Made by a program: the position numbers and the translations under genes. 64,000 nt of DNA, taken from the NCBI RefSeq assembly GCF_006345805.1, contig NC_043010.1:9734001-9798000 (forward strand), written 5' to 3'. Shown piece by piece: positions 24,885-36,422 of the stretch (within the stretch, counting starts at the first letter, position 1; each line of letters starts with the position of its first letter). The stretch comes from Octopus sinensis (taxonomy: Eukaryota). Below the pieces are notes generated by a model. It was given only the letters and a program-made list of their open reading frames with translations, was not told the origin of the DNA and did no database searches.

Positions 24885-25677
24885 CTGAAGAAGTAAAAGA
24901 AGAAAATAGAATGGTAAATAAATGAGTTTAGAACTAACTTTCTTAAGCAAAAATATAGGTTTCAGAAAAGTTTTAATGAAAGTATTCAACATTTTCACAG
25001 GAATTATACTTGTGACTCATCATATAGATGTTCTTATTTAATTACTTTCTTAAATGGATTTACTTTTTAATTTCAAAGATCTTGAATTTGTTAGAGAATC
25101 TCATAATGTTCTAAAAATGAAAGCAAAAAAAAAAAAAAAAATCTATAATCACTGAATATTTGGCTTCAGGAATTTTAAAGCTTGTAAGAGACAATTCCAT
25201 AATTAAGGCAGTTCTATATTGAAGAAAAAATTGTGTTTTGCAGTAACTAGCTGGATTTAAAGTTAATAGACAGACAAGATTGCAACGAAAGCACGGAAAT
25301 AATATTGAAAGTTAATAATATTGAAAATTGGTAGATTATTTCATTAGCAATGGAATCACAGAGTTTGTAAGTGACTGAAAATGAACCAATCAGAAAGTTT
25401 GAAGAGAAACTTAATTTTAGAGGGAAATTACAGGAGAATATTTTATTTTAGTTTCATGGTAATGAAGACGGAGAGCAAGACAGAAGAAGCAGAGGAGATG
25501 TGAAGCTGATAACCGTTCTAAGTGAATTGCAATTTCATTGGAAATTGTTCTGCAACACATGATGGAAACTGAACTATCTGTAGTGTGAACGTAAATTACG
25601 GCTTGGTGATACTATTCAATGAAGATAACCATGAAATTTATAAATAGGTACAAGGGCTGAAATTTTTAACAGGGAAA

Positions 25678-26285
25678 GTGTCTGTGTGGTAAGCAGCTTG
25701 CTTGCCGACAACATTGGTTCTGGGTTCATTCCCACTGTGTGTGGGACCTTGGGCAAGTGTCCTCTGCTATAGCCTCGGGCCAACCAAAGCCTTGTGAGTG
25801 GATTTGGTAGACGGAAACTGAAAGAAGCCCGTCGTATATATGTATATATATATATTATATAGGCGCAGGAGTGGCTGTGTGGTAAGTAGCTTGCTAACCA
25901 ACCACATGGTTCTGGGTTCATTCCCACTGTGAGTGGCACCTTGGGCAAGTGTCCTCTGCTATAGCTTCGGGCCAACCAAAGCCTTGTGAGTGGATTTGGT
26001 AGACGGAAACTGAAAGAAGCCTGTCGTATATATGTATATATATGTATGTGTGTGTATATGTTTATGTGTCTGTGTTTGTCCCCCCCCCCACCAACATCAC
26101 TTGACAACCGATGCTGGTGTGTTTATGTCCCCGTAACTTAGCAGTTCGGCAAAAGAGACCGATAGAATAAGTAATAAGCTTCCCAAGAATAAGTCTTGGG
26201 GTTGATTTGCTCGACTAAAGGTGGTGCTCCAGCATGGCCGCAGCCAAATGACTGAAACAAGTAAAAGAGTGTAAGAGTAAAAGAG
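25678..26285 (+). mobile_element. SINE family A with duplicated head
   Basis: Second head starts TATAGGCGCAGGAG at ~25858, directly after the internal TA tract of the first. Confidence 0.85.
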
Positions 26286-26459
26286 ATTAGATTAGCCCCA
26301 ATATTTGTCTCCCTGGTACCCTATTATTTTGACCCCAGTGGAGTGGGATGAAAGGTTAAGATAGCTTTGGAAAGATTTGAACTGAGGACTTAAGAAGACC
26401 AAACTAAGCAGCATAAGGCGTTTTTTTTTCCCTGATACCCAGATAAAACTGCTAAATAT

Positions 26460-26690
26460 GTTTCTTTATTACCCACAAGGGGCTAAACACAGAGGGGACA
26501 AACAAGGACAGACAAACGAATTAAGTCGATTACATCGACCCCAGTGCGTAACTGCTACTTAATTTATCGCCCCCGAAAGGATGAAAGGCAAAGTTGACCT
26601 CGGCGGAATTTGAACTCAGAACGTAACGGCAGACGAAATATGGCTACGCATTTCGCCCGGCGTGCTAACGGTTCTGCCAGCTTGCCGCCT
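26460..26690 (-). mobile_element. SINE family B, tail type 2
   Basis: Homology. Confidence 0.9.
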
Positions 26691-27264
26691 TCTAAATAGA
26701 AGCAAATAGAAAAATCGTGATAAAAGACTTTGGCAGCAAGACTGCTACTGTTCTTAGAGCATAGATTGTTGGAACAAGATATGTAGTACATCTTTTACTG
26801 TCTGCTGTAGGTGTAATTTGTAGTTGAAAGCTGGTGATGACGACGATGATGATGACAGCACTGATGAATGTATATACCAGAAAATGTAGATGGTAAAGTT
26901 GACAGGGCAATTGTTGATCATCTGAGAGATGAGAAGTTCATGTCCTTCTTATTACGAGCAGCAATGCTTTGCCTATGGAACGACATTTTGCTTGCAGTCC
27001 CCAAGTGTATCAAGCTTTAAGTAAATACTTATTTTGAACATACTTTAATATTATGCTCAAAGGCACAGAAGTTGAATATTCTGTTGACTTTGCTATACTG
27101 AGTTCAGTTCCTCTTACAGGAAAAAAAAAATTCACCTTGGATAGTCTGGCCTCATATTCAGGTAGAAATTAATCTTTAACCTGCTTCAAATCATGGTGAT
27201 TAACAGAAGTGAAGAGTGATTCAGAAAGGATGGAAGAGTCCAACAATATTCTATACATTTTACT

Positions 27265-27620
27265 CTTTTACTTGTTTCAGTCATTTGACTGCGGCCATGC
27301 TGGAGCACCACCTTTATAGTTGAGCAAATCAATCCCAGAGCTTATTCTTTGTAAACCTAGTACTTATTCTATCGGTCTCTTTTGCTGAACTGCTAAGTTA
27401 TGGGGATGTAAACACACCAGCATCGGTTGTCAAGTAAAATTGGGAGGTACAAACTGACACACAAATATATGTTCCCATCTACCAAATCCACTTTCAAGGC
27501 TTTGGTTGGCCCGAGGCTATAGCAGCAGACACTTGCCCAAGGTGCCACGCAGTGGGACTGAACCCGGGACCATATTGTTGGTAAGCAAGCTACTTACCAC
27601 ACAGCCGCTCCTGCGCCTAT
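27265..27620 (-). mobile_element. SINE family A
   Basis: Homology; small internal deletion. Confidence 0.85.
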
Positions 27621-28029
27621 AGAAAATATTCTTTTGTTAATGTTCTTTACTTGCTTTTGATAATTTTCTGAACACCACTTTTAAGGGTTTTAAACCCATC
27701 ATATCAACCCCCAGCACATGTCTTAGTGTGGTACGCATTGTATAACTCTATCAAATGGTTAGGTGACCCCTTGATATGAAACGGTGATTTGATACATCAT
27801 TTTACACAAGCATGTGTGTGTATGTATGTGTATGTGCATGTGTGAGTGACTGTGTGTGTATGTGTGGATATACACACATATGATATCTATATTTATATTT
27901 ATCTGTGTATGTTTGTATATATATATATATAACGGGAAGGTTTACGAAAATAAACAAAAGACGAAGGCAGGTGGAGTACAAACAAATAAATGTATTAGTA
28001 TGGCGCTCAGGAATAGAAATAAAACAAGT

Positions 28030-28065
28030 CTTTTACGTTTTGAGCGTACGCTCTTCGACAGAAAG
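28030..28065 (-). ncRNA. Hammerhead-like motif with A6U core, in (TA)n-flanked element (~27930-28120)
   Basis: Minus strand CTTT-CTGTCGA-A-GAGC-GTAC-GCTC-AAAAC-GTA-AAAG; the surrounding element is homologous to 23248-23420. Confidence 0.45.
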
Positions 28066-28763
28066 ATACACAGAAAAGAAACAAGGAGAGAAAAAAAATG
28101 CATGTAGGAGCTAACGCTCCATATATATATATATATGTGAATATAGTTATGAATATAGTTGTGCATGAGTGTGTGTCATTTATTTAGACTGGCCGAGTGA
28201 AGTTTACTCAATGTGTAGTTGATTCTTCAGACAAGATAACTCAAGTCATTTTCACAAAGTAGTATTCAAACCGGGGCCATTGTAAAAGCACTATCCACGC
28301 TGCTACACAGTAACATCAAACCTGGAACCACGAGATTGCGAAACAAAACTTCTTATCCACCTACACCTATGCTTGTGATGCATGATTGTAGCTATAACTG
28401 AAATAATTAATCCATTTACTGCAGTATCCTGTTGACATTTCTTTTTCTCTGAACAAAAATTATGCTTCAGCCTGAATTCAATTTTAAATCTTAATTCTAA
28501 TAAGATTAATTTTGCTTTAAACTCAACACAACATTTGATTTGTGCTGCTTCTTCTTCCAGATCAAAATCTATTTTAATGGATTTATGTGATCAGAAAGTG
28601 AGTGACAGTTGTTCTCACCAAACCAAATGTACAAGAATCATATTCTTTTTGCTTCTAGGTGTGCATGCACTTTAGGTGTGCATGCACTTTATAAACCATT
28701 TCTTAGTCCTTTAATCCATTTCAGTCTCTAGACTGCAGTCTTGCTGAAGCATCATCATGAAAG

Positions 28764-29060
28764 GTGGAGGTGCATGGCCTAGTGGTTAAGGCAGTGAACT
28801 CGTGGTCTAGGGATCATGGGTTCGAATCTCAGACTGGGTAATGTGTGTTTATGAGCGAAAACACCTAAGCTCCACGCGGCTTCGGCAGAAGGTAATGGTG
28901 AACTTCTGCTGATTCTTTTGCCACAACTTTTTATCACTCTTTCCTCCTGCATCTTGCAGCTCACCTGCAACGGACCGGCGTCCCATCCAGGGGAAAAACC
29001 TATACACCAAGGAAACTAGAAAACCGGCCCTATGAGCCAGGCATGGCAGAGAAGGAACAA
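28764..29060 (+). mobile_element. SINE family D head with V-like body
   Basis: tRNA head plus GAGCGAAAACACCTAAGCTCCAC; body ACCTGCAACGGACCGGCGTCCCATCCAGGGG. Confidence 0.7.
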
Positions 29061-29439
29061 ATCATCTTGAAAGGTTTACATCGGTGATTCTCAATCATTT
29101 TTCACTCACAGACCCTTTGACTCCTATTTTATTCAAATGGACCCTCATTACCATTTGATATTTGAAAAATCCTATTATATTTTTATAATTAATTATAATT
29201 AATTACAATCATTTATTAGGAATTGTGTAAATAATTGTTGAAATAGTTTGTATATTGTAGAATTATAATCAATTAATTGCCAATAAATTTTAACAAAATC
29301 CTATATGGACCCTCAACGATGATGATGATGATGATGAAGAGAAGGAAGAGTGCAGATGATGATGATGATGATGGTGACAACGATACTGAATACATAGATA
29401 TAGATATATATGTTTGTACATATATATATACATACATAT

Positions 29440-29488
<49 letters not shown>

Positions 29489-29777
29489 TATACACACACA
29501 CATATATGTTTGTACATATATATATATACATATATATAGATGATATACATATATATAAATGATGATGACAATGATGATGATGACTATGATCATGATGATG
29601 TTGATGATATTGATGATAATGATGATGATGATTATTTTGTTTTTTCTTTTCTGTTTCATGGGTTTAGTGGGTTCTCATTAGGTCAACTGAGTCAGTTGTC
29701 CAGTAACTTAACTTCATGGATACATGGTAACTTTGCAAGCAGGGGAGTTAAAAATATACAGGTATTGAGTGACTCAC

Positions 29778-29928
29778 CTGGAATCTCTTCATACTCTCCG
29801 GAGTCACCTTCACTCCAACCATGTCCGAAATCAGTATGAGAAGACAGAGTCTCTCTCCTAAGACTTGGAATCATAAGTGTACTATCTTCTAGTATGCTGT
29901 CTGTAGTTGCTATTCGCTGGATACACAT
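29778..29928 (-). CDS. Pcdh: Protocadherin coding exon 2 (MCIQRIATTDSILEDSTLMIPSLRRETLSSHTDFGHGWSEGDSGEYEEIP)
   Basis: Acceptor tttattcttttccttacttccAG (29930-29929), donor CAG|GTGAGT (29778/29777); 151 nt, open in phase 0 matching the upstream donor; DFGHGWSE resembles the DSGHGDSE cytoplasmic motif of delta-protocadherins. Confidence 0.8.
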
Positions 29929-30229
29929 CTGGAAGTAAGGAAAAGAATAAATTGGTGTAGAATGACATGCATGTGAGTGATGGGTAGAGGGAGTATCAGA
30001 TAGAAAAGGGAAAAGTATGTACATAGGAGTGAAAAGAAAGCCATGTATGTGTGTGAGTGTGTGTGTGTGTGTGTATGTATATATACATATATATATATGT
30101 ACAAACATATATATCTATATCTATGTATCTATTACCAGTAGTCAAACATGCATACCAGCTTGCCCTTTCCATTCCATCGATATACATATATATATATATA
30201 ATCAAAATAAGCAACAAGAATGACTCCGG

Positions 30230-30322
30230 TAATTTGGTACAATTGTTTCGCACTACATCACTTTATTAAAAGTTGTAAGTATTACAACAGATTTAAGATG
30301 CTGAGTGCTCATCAGCCAATTA
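30230..30322 (-). ncRNA. Type I hammerhead ribozyme motif with intact core (intronic, sense to Pcdh)
   Basis: Minus strand TAATTGG-CTGATGA-GCACT...AGTGC-GAAAC-AATT-GTA-CCAAATTA; extended stem II (GCATC/GATGT, TTAAA/TTTAA, GTTGTAA/TTACAAC); inside a ~155-bp element flanked by (TA)n. Confidence 0.75.
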
Positions 30323-31245
30323 TATAGGTTTTCCATTAATATAAAGCTTTCAAATATATATATATATATCTTGTAAATTATGTATAAATTTTAACTTTAA
30401 AGGCATTTTTTGATATGCTGGCCATTGATAAAATTTTTTCCCGAAAAAATTTTATCCTATATCAATTATATATTTGTATGTATATATAAAATTAATGTAC
30501 CCTCACACACACATACATATTCACATATATACAAATATATAGCAGGTTTATACATTGACTTGAACCAAATACTTGTTTTCAATTGCTGTGAAGATCAAAA
30601 TGCTGAACTAACAGTGTATACTAACACTGGCACTAACACTGTATACTAATACTAACAGTGTATACTAACACTGTCAAGTAACTGTATACTAACAGTGTAT
30701 CATAACACTGGTACACTTATCACTGACACATGAATATTCATGTTTCTCTATGAGCACACACAATTACTATGAATAGAACTTTTTGTTGTTGCTCTATTGT
30801 TCCTCCCTAGACTGTCATGTTCAGTACTATCTTTTAACAATAAATATATGATAAATAAAAAATAAGACTTCTATCAGCAATTCATCCAACTCACAACCAT
30901 CTCTTCTCAAACTGGTGACAGCATAATTTTTATTGTTGGTGACACAGAGGAGACAAGAACAGAGGACAAAACATATTCGTGTATTTACATCAGGTGCTGT
31001 TCAATATTAAATGCTGTCAACAGCCAAACCCACCAAACACGAAGAGCCAGCAATATGAACAGTCAGCAATATGAAACAAACCTAACATCTGCTAACTTAA
31101 GGACCACTATGCAGCAGCTGAAATTCTCTTCACTTGCTTACGCTCTCTGATTCTCTCTCTGTCTTTCATCTACACAAGTGGCTGTGTGGTAAGTAGCTAG
31201 GCGAGAAGAGCTGTCTTTCTAACATTCAATAAGATGTTTATCTTA

Positions 31246-31476
31246 TTTCTTTACTACCCACAAGGGGCTAAACATAGAGGGGACAAACAAGGACAGACAA
31301 AGGGATTAAGTTGATGACATCGATCCCAATGCGTAACTGGTACTTAATTTATTGACCCCGAAAGACTGAAAGGCAGAGTCGACCTCGGCGGAATTTGAAC
31401 TCAGAGCGTAACGGCAGACAAAATATGGCTATGCATTTCGCCCAGCGTGCTAACGTTTCTGCCAGCTCTCCGCCTT
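31246..31476 (-). mobile_element. SINE family B, tail type 2
   Basis: Homology. Confidence 0.9.
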
Positions 31477-32301
31477 GAGGCTATATGATTATCTTGAGGC
31501 TATATTGGTGTTCCAGAATATACCTATCCATTTTGAGGCCACATCAGTGCTTTGTATGTAGCCTTCTATTTATGCATGGTGATGGTATATTCCAGCTAGT
31601 AGCCACTGTAGCTGTAAATATAGAAGACTTCCCCCTTTACATCTTGACTTTTATTTCCACTTGCTTAGGTGTATTCATGAAGGTTCTACAGACTGACTTT
31701 ACACAATTTAGTTTTTTTTCTCCCACTGTGTGACTTAGTACAGAATTAAAGATTACTTTTGAAATATACTGACTAATGACATGTTTGAATCTAGACTTGA
31801 CTAGAATTCATTGGCCATTACTGCATTTGGGATGTGTTTCTTGGGTGTCATCATTTTACAATAAACCAAAGAATTGTTTTTGGTTAAAAAAGAACACAAT
31901 CTACATTCGTCTGAAATACACTTTCTTTCAAACATATACCTTCATTTGTGTTACTTTTACTTCTACACCCATAAATTCTGAAACTGCTGGAAGTCGTCTT
32001 TCCTTGAGCTTATAGTTATGCCTTTGTATTGATTCTGTAACAAACTTTCACTCTCTATGAAATAAGTACTGCTTCTTTAAGATGTTTCAACAAGTATATT
32101 TTTATATTCCTTTTTGGCCCACTTGCTCTACATCTCTTCACTCTTACTCTTGTTTGTATTTAACACTCGAAAGCACTTTGTTATCAAGTATGTTTTCCCC
32201 TACTACTTTCTGTATTCACTCCGTTTACATATTATAGTATTTTCTGATATCATGAGATAGATCACTAAGTCTTTGATTCAGTTATATAGTTACATACAGC
32301 G

Positions 32302-32525
32302 AGCTGACAGAAACGTTAGCACACCGGGCAAAATGCATAGCCGTATTTCGTCTGCCGATACGTTCTGAGTTCAAATTCCACCGAGGTCGACTTTGCCTTT
32401 CATCCTTTCGGGGTCTATAAATTAAGTACCAGTTACGCACTGGTTCGATGTAAAACGACTTAATCCGTTTGTCTGTCCTTGTTTGTCCCCTCTGTGTTTA
32501 GCCCCTTGTGGGTAGTAAAGAAATA
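32302..32525 (+). mobile_element. SINE family B, tail type 2
   Basis: 19-bp TSD TATATAGTTACATACAGCG at 32283-32301 and 32526-32544. Confidence 0.9.
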
Positions 32526-32676
32526 TATATAGTTACATACAGCGTTTCACTGCTCTGGTTAGCATACTGTTTCCAGTCATACTATTTACAAGTTCTGCAG
32601 TAAATGTATTGGTGTTAGAAAGATAAGATCTTGGATATATTTCATTTTAATATCGTCTCACTGGATCATTCTTTAA

Positions 32677-33068
32677 CCCTTTAGTATTTAAACTGGCCAT
32701 ATCTGGCCTAAATATTCTACATGTCTTATATTCAAATAAACAATCATTGAAACCTCAAAGCTATAAGATAATGCATGATTAATTAAAAACAATTTGAGTG
32801 AAAAAGTATTACATTTAAAAGAGTAATCTGAACACTAAAGGTGGCAAGCTGGCAGAAACGTCAGCATGCCGGGCAAAATGCTTAGCGATATTTTGTCTGT
32901 CTTTACGTTGTGAGTTCAAAGTCCGCCGAGGTCGACTTTGCCTTTCATCATTTCGGGGTCGATAAATTAAGTACCAGTTGCATACTGGGGTCAATCTAAT
33001 CGACTGGCCCCTTACCCAACATTTCGGGCGTTGTGTCTAGAGAAGAAAAGAATCTGAACACTAAAGGG
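32677..33068. mobile_element. piggyBac-type MITE carrying a SINE B insertion
   Basis: TTAA|CCCTTTAG ... CTAAAGGG|TTAA. Confidence 0.7.
32842..33050 (+). mobile_element. SINE family B, tail type 1, nested in the piggyBac-type MITE
   Basis: 17-bp TSD AATCTGAACACTAAAGG at 32825-32841 and 33051-33067. Confidence 0.9.
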
Positions 33069-33192
33069 TTAACAAATCCCAGCCCTAAACTGATACTGTC
33101 TCTCTCTCTTCTGAAAATTATGTTGTATTCTATATTATACATTTGAATAAAAAGCACCACCATGAACGACAACAACGACAGCAGCAACATCA

Positions 33193-33545
33193 GTGGAGGC
33201 GCAATGGCCCAGTGGTTAGGGCAGCAGACTCGCGGTCGGAGGATCGTGGTTTCGATTCCCAGACTGGGCGTTGTGTGTGTTTATTGAGCGAAAACACCTA
33301 AAGCTCCACGAGGCTCCGGCAGGGGGTGGTGGCGACCCCTGTTGTACTCTTTTGCTCTAACTTTCTCTCACTCTTTCTTCCTGTTTCTTGTCCCCGACTT
33401 CCTACGCAACCGCTGAGCCTGGATGCACATTCATCCATCCATCGATGCTCTCGATGTCGGGGGTTGACCTGCTTTCTCTTCTGCGGGTCTTACGAATAGC
33501 AAAGGACCACGTTTCAGACTTCTCCCACTCTAGGACGAAGACTGT
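33193..33545 (+). mobile_element. SINE family D head with a second body type
   Basis: First ~190 bp match 39357/43864 copies, then unrelated 3' sequence. Confidence 0.8.
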
Positions 33546-33820
33546 TTCCCTCAACAAACAAACAAACAAACAAGCAGCAACATCATTTTTATGTCCATGT
33601 TCTAAGTTGGCACGAGTTTAGATGGGCCATCATGGTTTGTGTCAGTTCTTATAGGGCAGGGGCCACTTCCCTTGCAGATGAGTTAGGAGATCATTCCTTG
33701 CTTATTTGTTTCAATTTTAGCTTGACATCAACTGCCAGATTCTATTCCTATCACCAGTTGGGCAAAATGCTCGACAGCATTTCTTGTGGATTTACATTCT
33801 GAGTTCAAATGCCACTGTGA

Positions 33821-34251
33821 TCTCTCTATATATAAACGGCAGTTTGTCTGTCTGTGTGTCTGTGTGGCTGTCAGGTTGTACCCTCACCCTGACCACGACT
33901 TTCAATCGATTCTGATGAAACTTGACACACACATAGCCCAATGTCATAAGTCAAAACTAACGCAGCGAAAATTTTGAAAAGTTCCCCCAGTTCTGAAAAA
34001 AAATCGATAAATTCGACATGGGGTCGAGAATCTAAGCTTTTTATATACAACACATTTTCTGTTGTAGTTTTCGCAACTTGCAATCGGGAGACAGCTAGGA
34101 ACATCGTATACATAGAAGTATTCGAGTGAAGAGAAGACATTGCAACCTACACATGCGCCTTCGTTCCCTAGAGGGAAAGAACTAGATTGGGATTAGTCGT
34201 TGCCTACTAGGGGCTCTTACATACCCGGGCGACGCCGGGCTATGCTGCTAG
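33821..34251 (+). mobile_element. Non-autonomous Helitron inserted in a family-B SINE
   Basis: 5' TC, 3' hairpin CCCGGGCGACGCCGGG (34224-34239), terminal CTAG; inserted between A33820 and T34252 without TSD; flanks rejoin to a continuous SINE B. Confidence 0.85.
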
Positions 34252-36422
34252 TTGACTTTACATTTCATCCTTTTGGAGTCAATAAAATAAGTACCAATAG
34301 CTGCGCTTTGCTAAAACTTAGAAATAATTATAGCAGGGTCGGAAATCCTTCCTCTTGTTGACTTGTATCTGGGTTAGAAATTCAAATTATTAAAAAGTTA
34401 TTGCCACGGCAACAAAAGGCAGCATTTATGGATTCCTTGTACTAATTAATGGTATTTACATTTGCTAATTGAGTAAATTTATTTAAGCTCATCAATTAAC
34501 TGTTGCTAGATTTCGTAACATTAAACACAACCAAATCTTTCTTTAGTTAAATTTATTTACAATGAGGAAATGGTATCAAGCATCTAAATTAACTGTCTTT
34601 GACTATCAGAAGGAATCAAATTTGTTTTAGTAAATGAATATTCATAATGACTTTATTACATATTGAATAGTTTTGTGACAGATAACTTTTACATTGACTC
34701 AAAGCTACACGTTTATATGAAAATGGTAAAGTTGATAGAATGGGTTTTAGTAAATTTTTCTAATTTAGGCGCATGACCAGCAATTGATAAGCAAAGGGAG
34801 CTAGTCAATTACATTGACCCTAGTACATGACTGGTACATCATTTTATCCAGTGCAGATGAATCAAAGGCGAAGCTTATATCACAACAGAAATTGAATTTT
34901 AAATGGTAGTAGTCAGAAAGAAATACTGCAAAGCATTTTACATGTTGCCCTAACAACTTTGCCAATCTGTCACCCTATTGATTTCAGTAAATGACTGGAA
35001 GTTATTTTATCGACCTGGGTTGGCAGAAAGAAAAGATGAGTCAAAAATGATGTGAATGCATTTGAAATACCATGCTTTTTTTTTTATATATAGCATTAAG
35101 TGAATCAGCGACAAACACCGCCTTAAATAAGATCCATGGATATCACAAGTAACATTTCCTGAAGAACTGACACTTACTTCCCCCATTGCATAGTGAATAG
35201 AGAAACAGATTTAAGTGCCTGGCACAGAGACAAAATAACATTCATGGAAGCAGAGTAGAACTCATAAAAACCTATGAACTACAAAGTCAATATGTAATCC
35301 ACTTAGATACTAGTTTAATATTTCTACTGACATTTTATACCTGTCATTAAATATGATTTCTTACATAAGCATAAGGCCCAAGGTATAGCATAACCACTTT
35401 GATAAATTCCTCTGCTTGCTAGCTACTTTATTTTATTGACCCAGGAAGGATGAGAAGTGAAGTTGGCCTTGAATATAACAATAATTATACTTTCTATTAT
35501 TATTTCCTTTATCTAATTAACCCTTTTTTTTTCATCGACTGTGAAATCTTTCTCTTAGAAACTTGGAACTATAATTTGTTTCAGTTTCTTCTAAAATGGA
35601 TATTGAAATTTCTACAAACATTTCTAAATATCAAAAATTTCCTGGTATAGTTTATATCAGATAACTTTATATTTTCATTGTTTTTTGCTTGTAAAATATG
35701 GTTCAACTTTCTTTACAAGATATGGCTACATGCCATGTGATTACAGGAAATAGAACCACACAAAAATATAATGTGATATAACATAATATAACATAATATA
35801 ATATATTATGATATAATATAATATAATATAATATGATATAATATAATATAATATGATATAATATAGTATAATATAGTATAATATATTATATTATATTATA
35901 TATAGTATAGATGATATATAGAACAATAGATAGTTGTATAAAAGCCAAATTAATTCTTAAGTTTATATGTGTTAGAAAAAGAAGAATTTCAGGACTGATT
36001 CTTCATTTGAGTTGACTCGTTATTTTTAATGTCCATAAGCATCTAAAAAGATGGTTCTGTATGCAAGCACAGGTACAGACTAATACTGTACCTGTTATTC
36101 AGATGATTTGTACCATGTACCGTATTCATGAATTGTTTTAGGTACTTAGGTGGTTGTTAGTAAACACAGTCATCCTCAAGGCTCTACCCTCTTGACCCAG
36201 TAAAACATCCAAGATATGACAATTAGGGGGGGGGGGGGAAATAAAAACATACCAGTACTCAGCTGGTACTCTTTTCAAATCAGTAACTCAAAATGAAGAA
36301 CCTTGCTCAAGAACACAATGTTCTACTCAGTCCAAGGAGCGAACCCATGACATTATGATCATGAGCTCAACTTGCTGACTACTAAATTAAAACAATTTTA
36401 TAACAAAAGATGATATCCTTAC

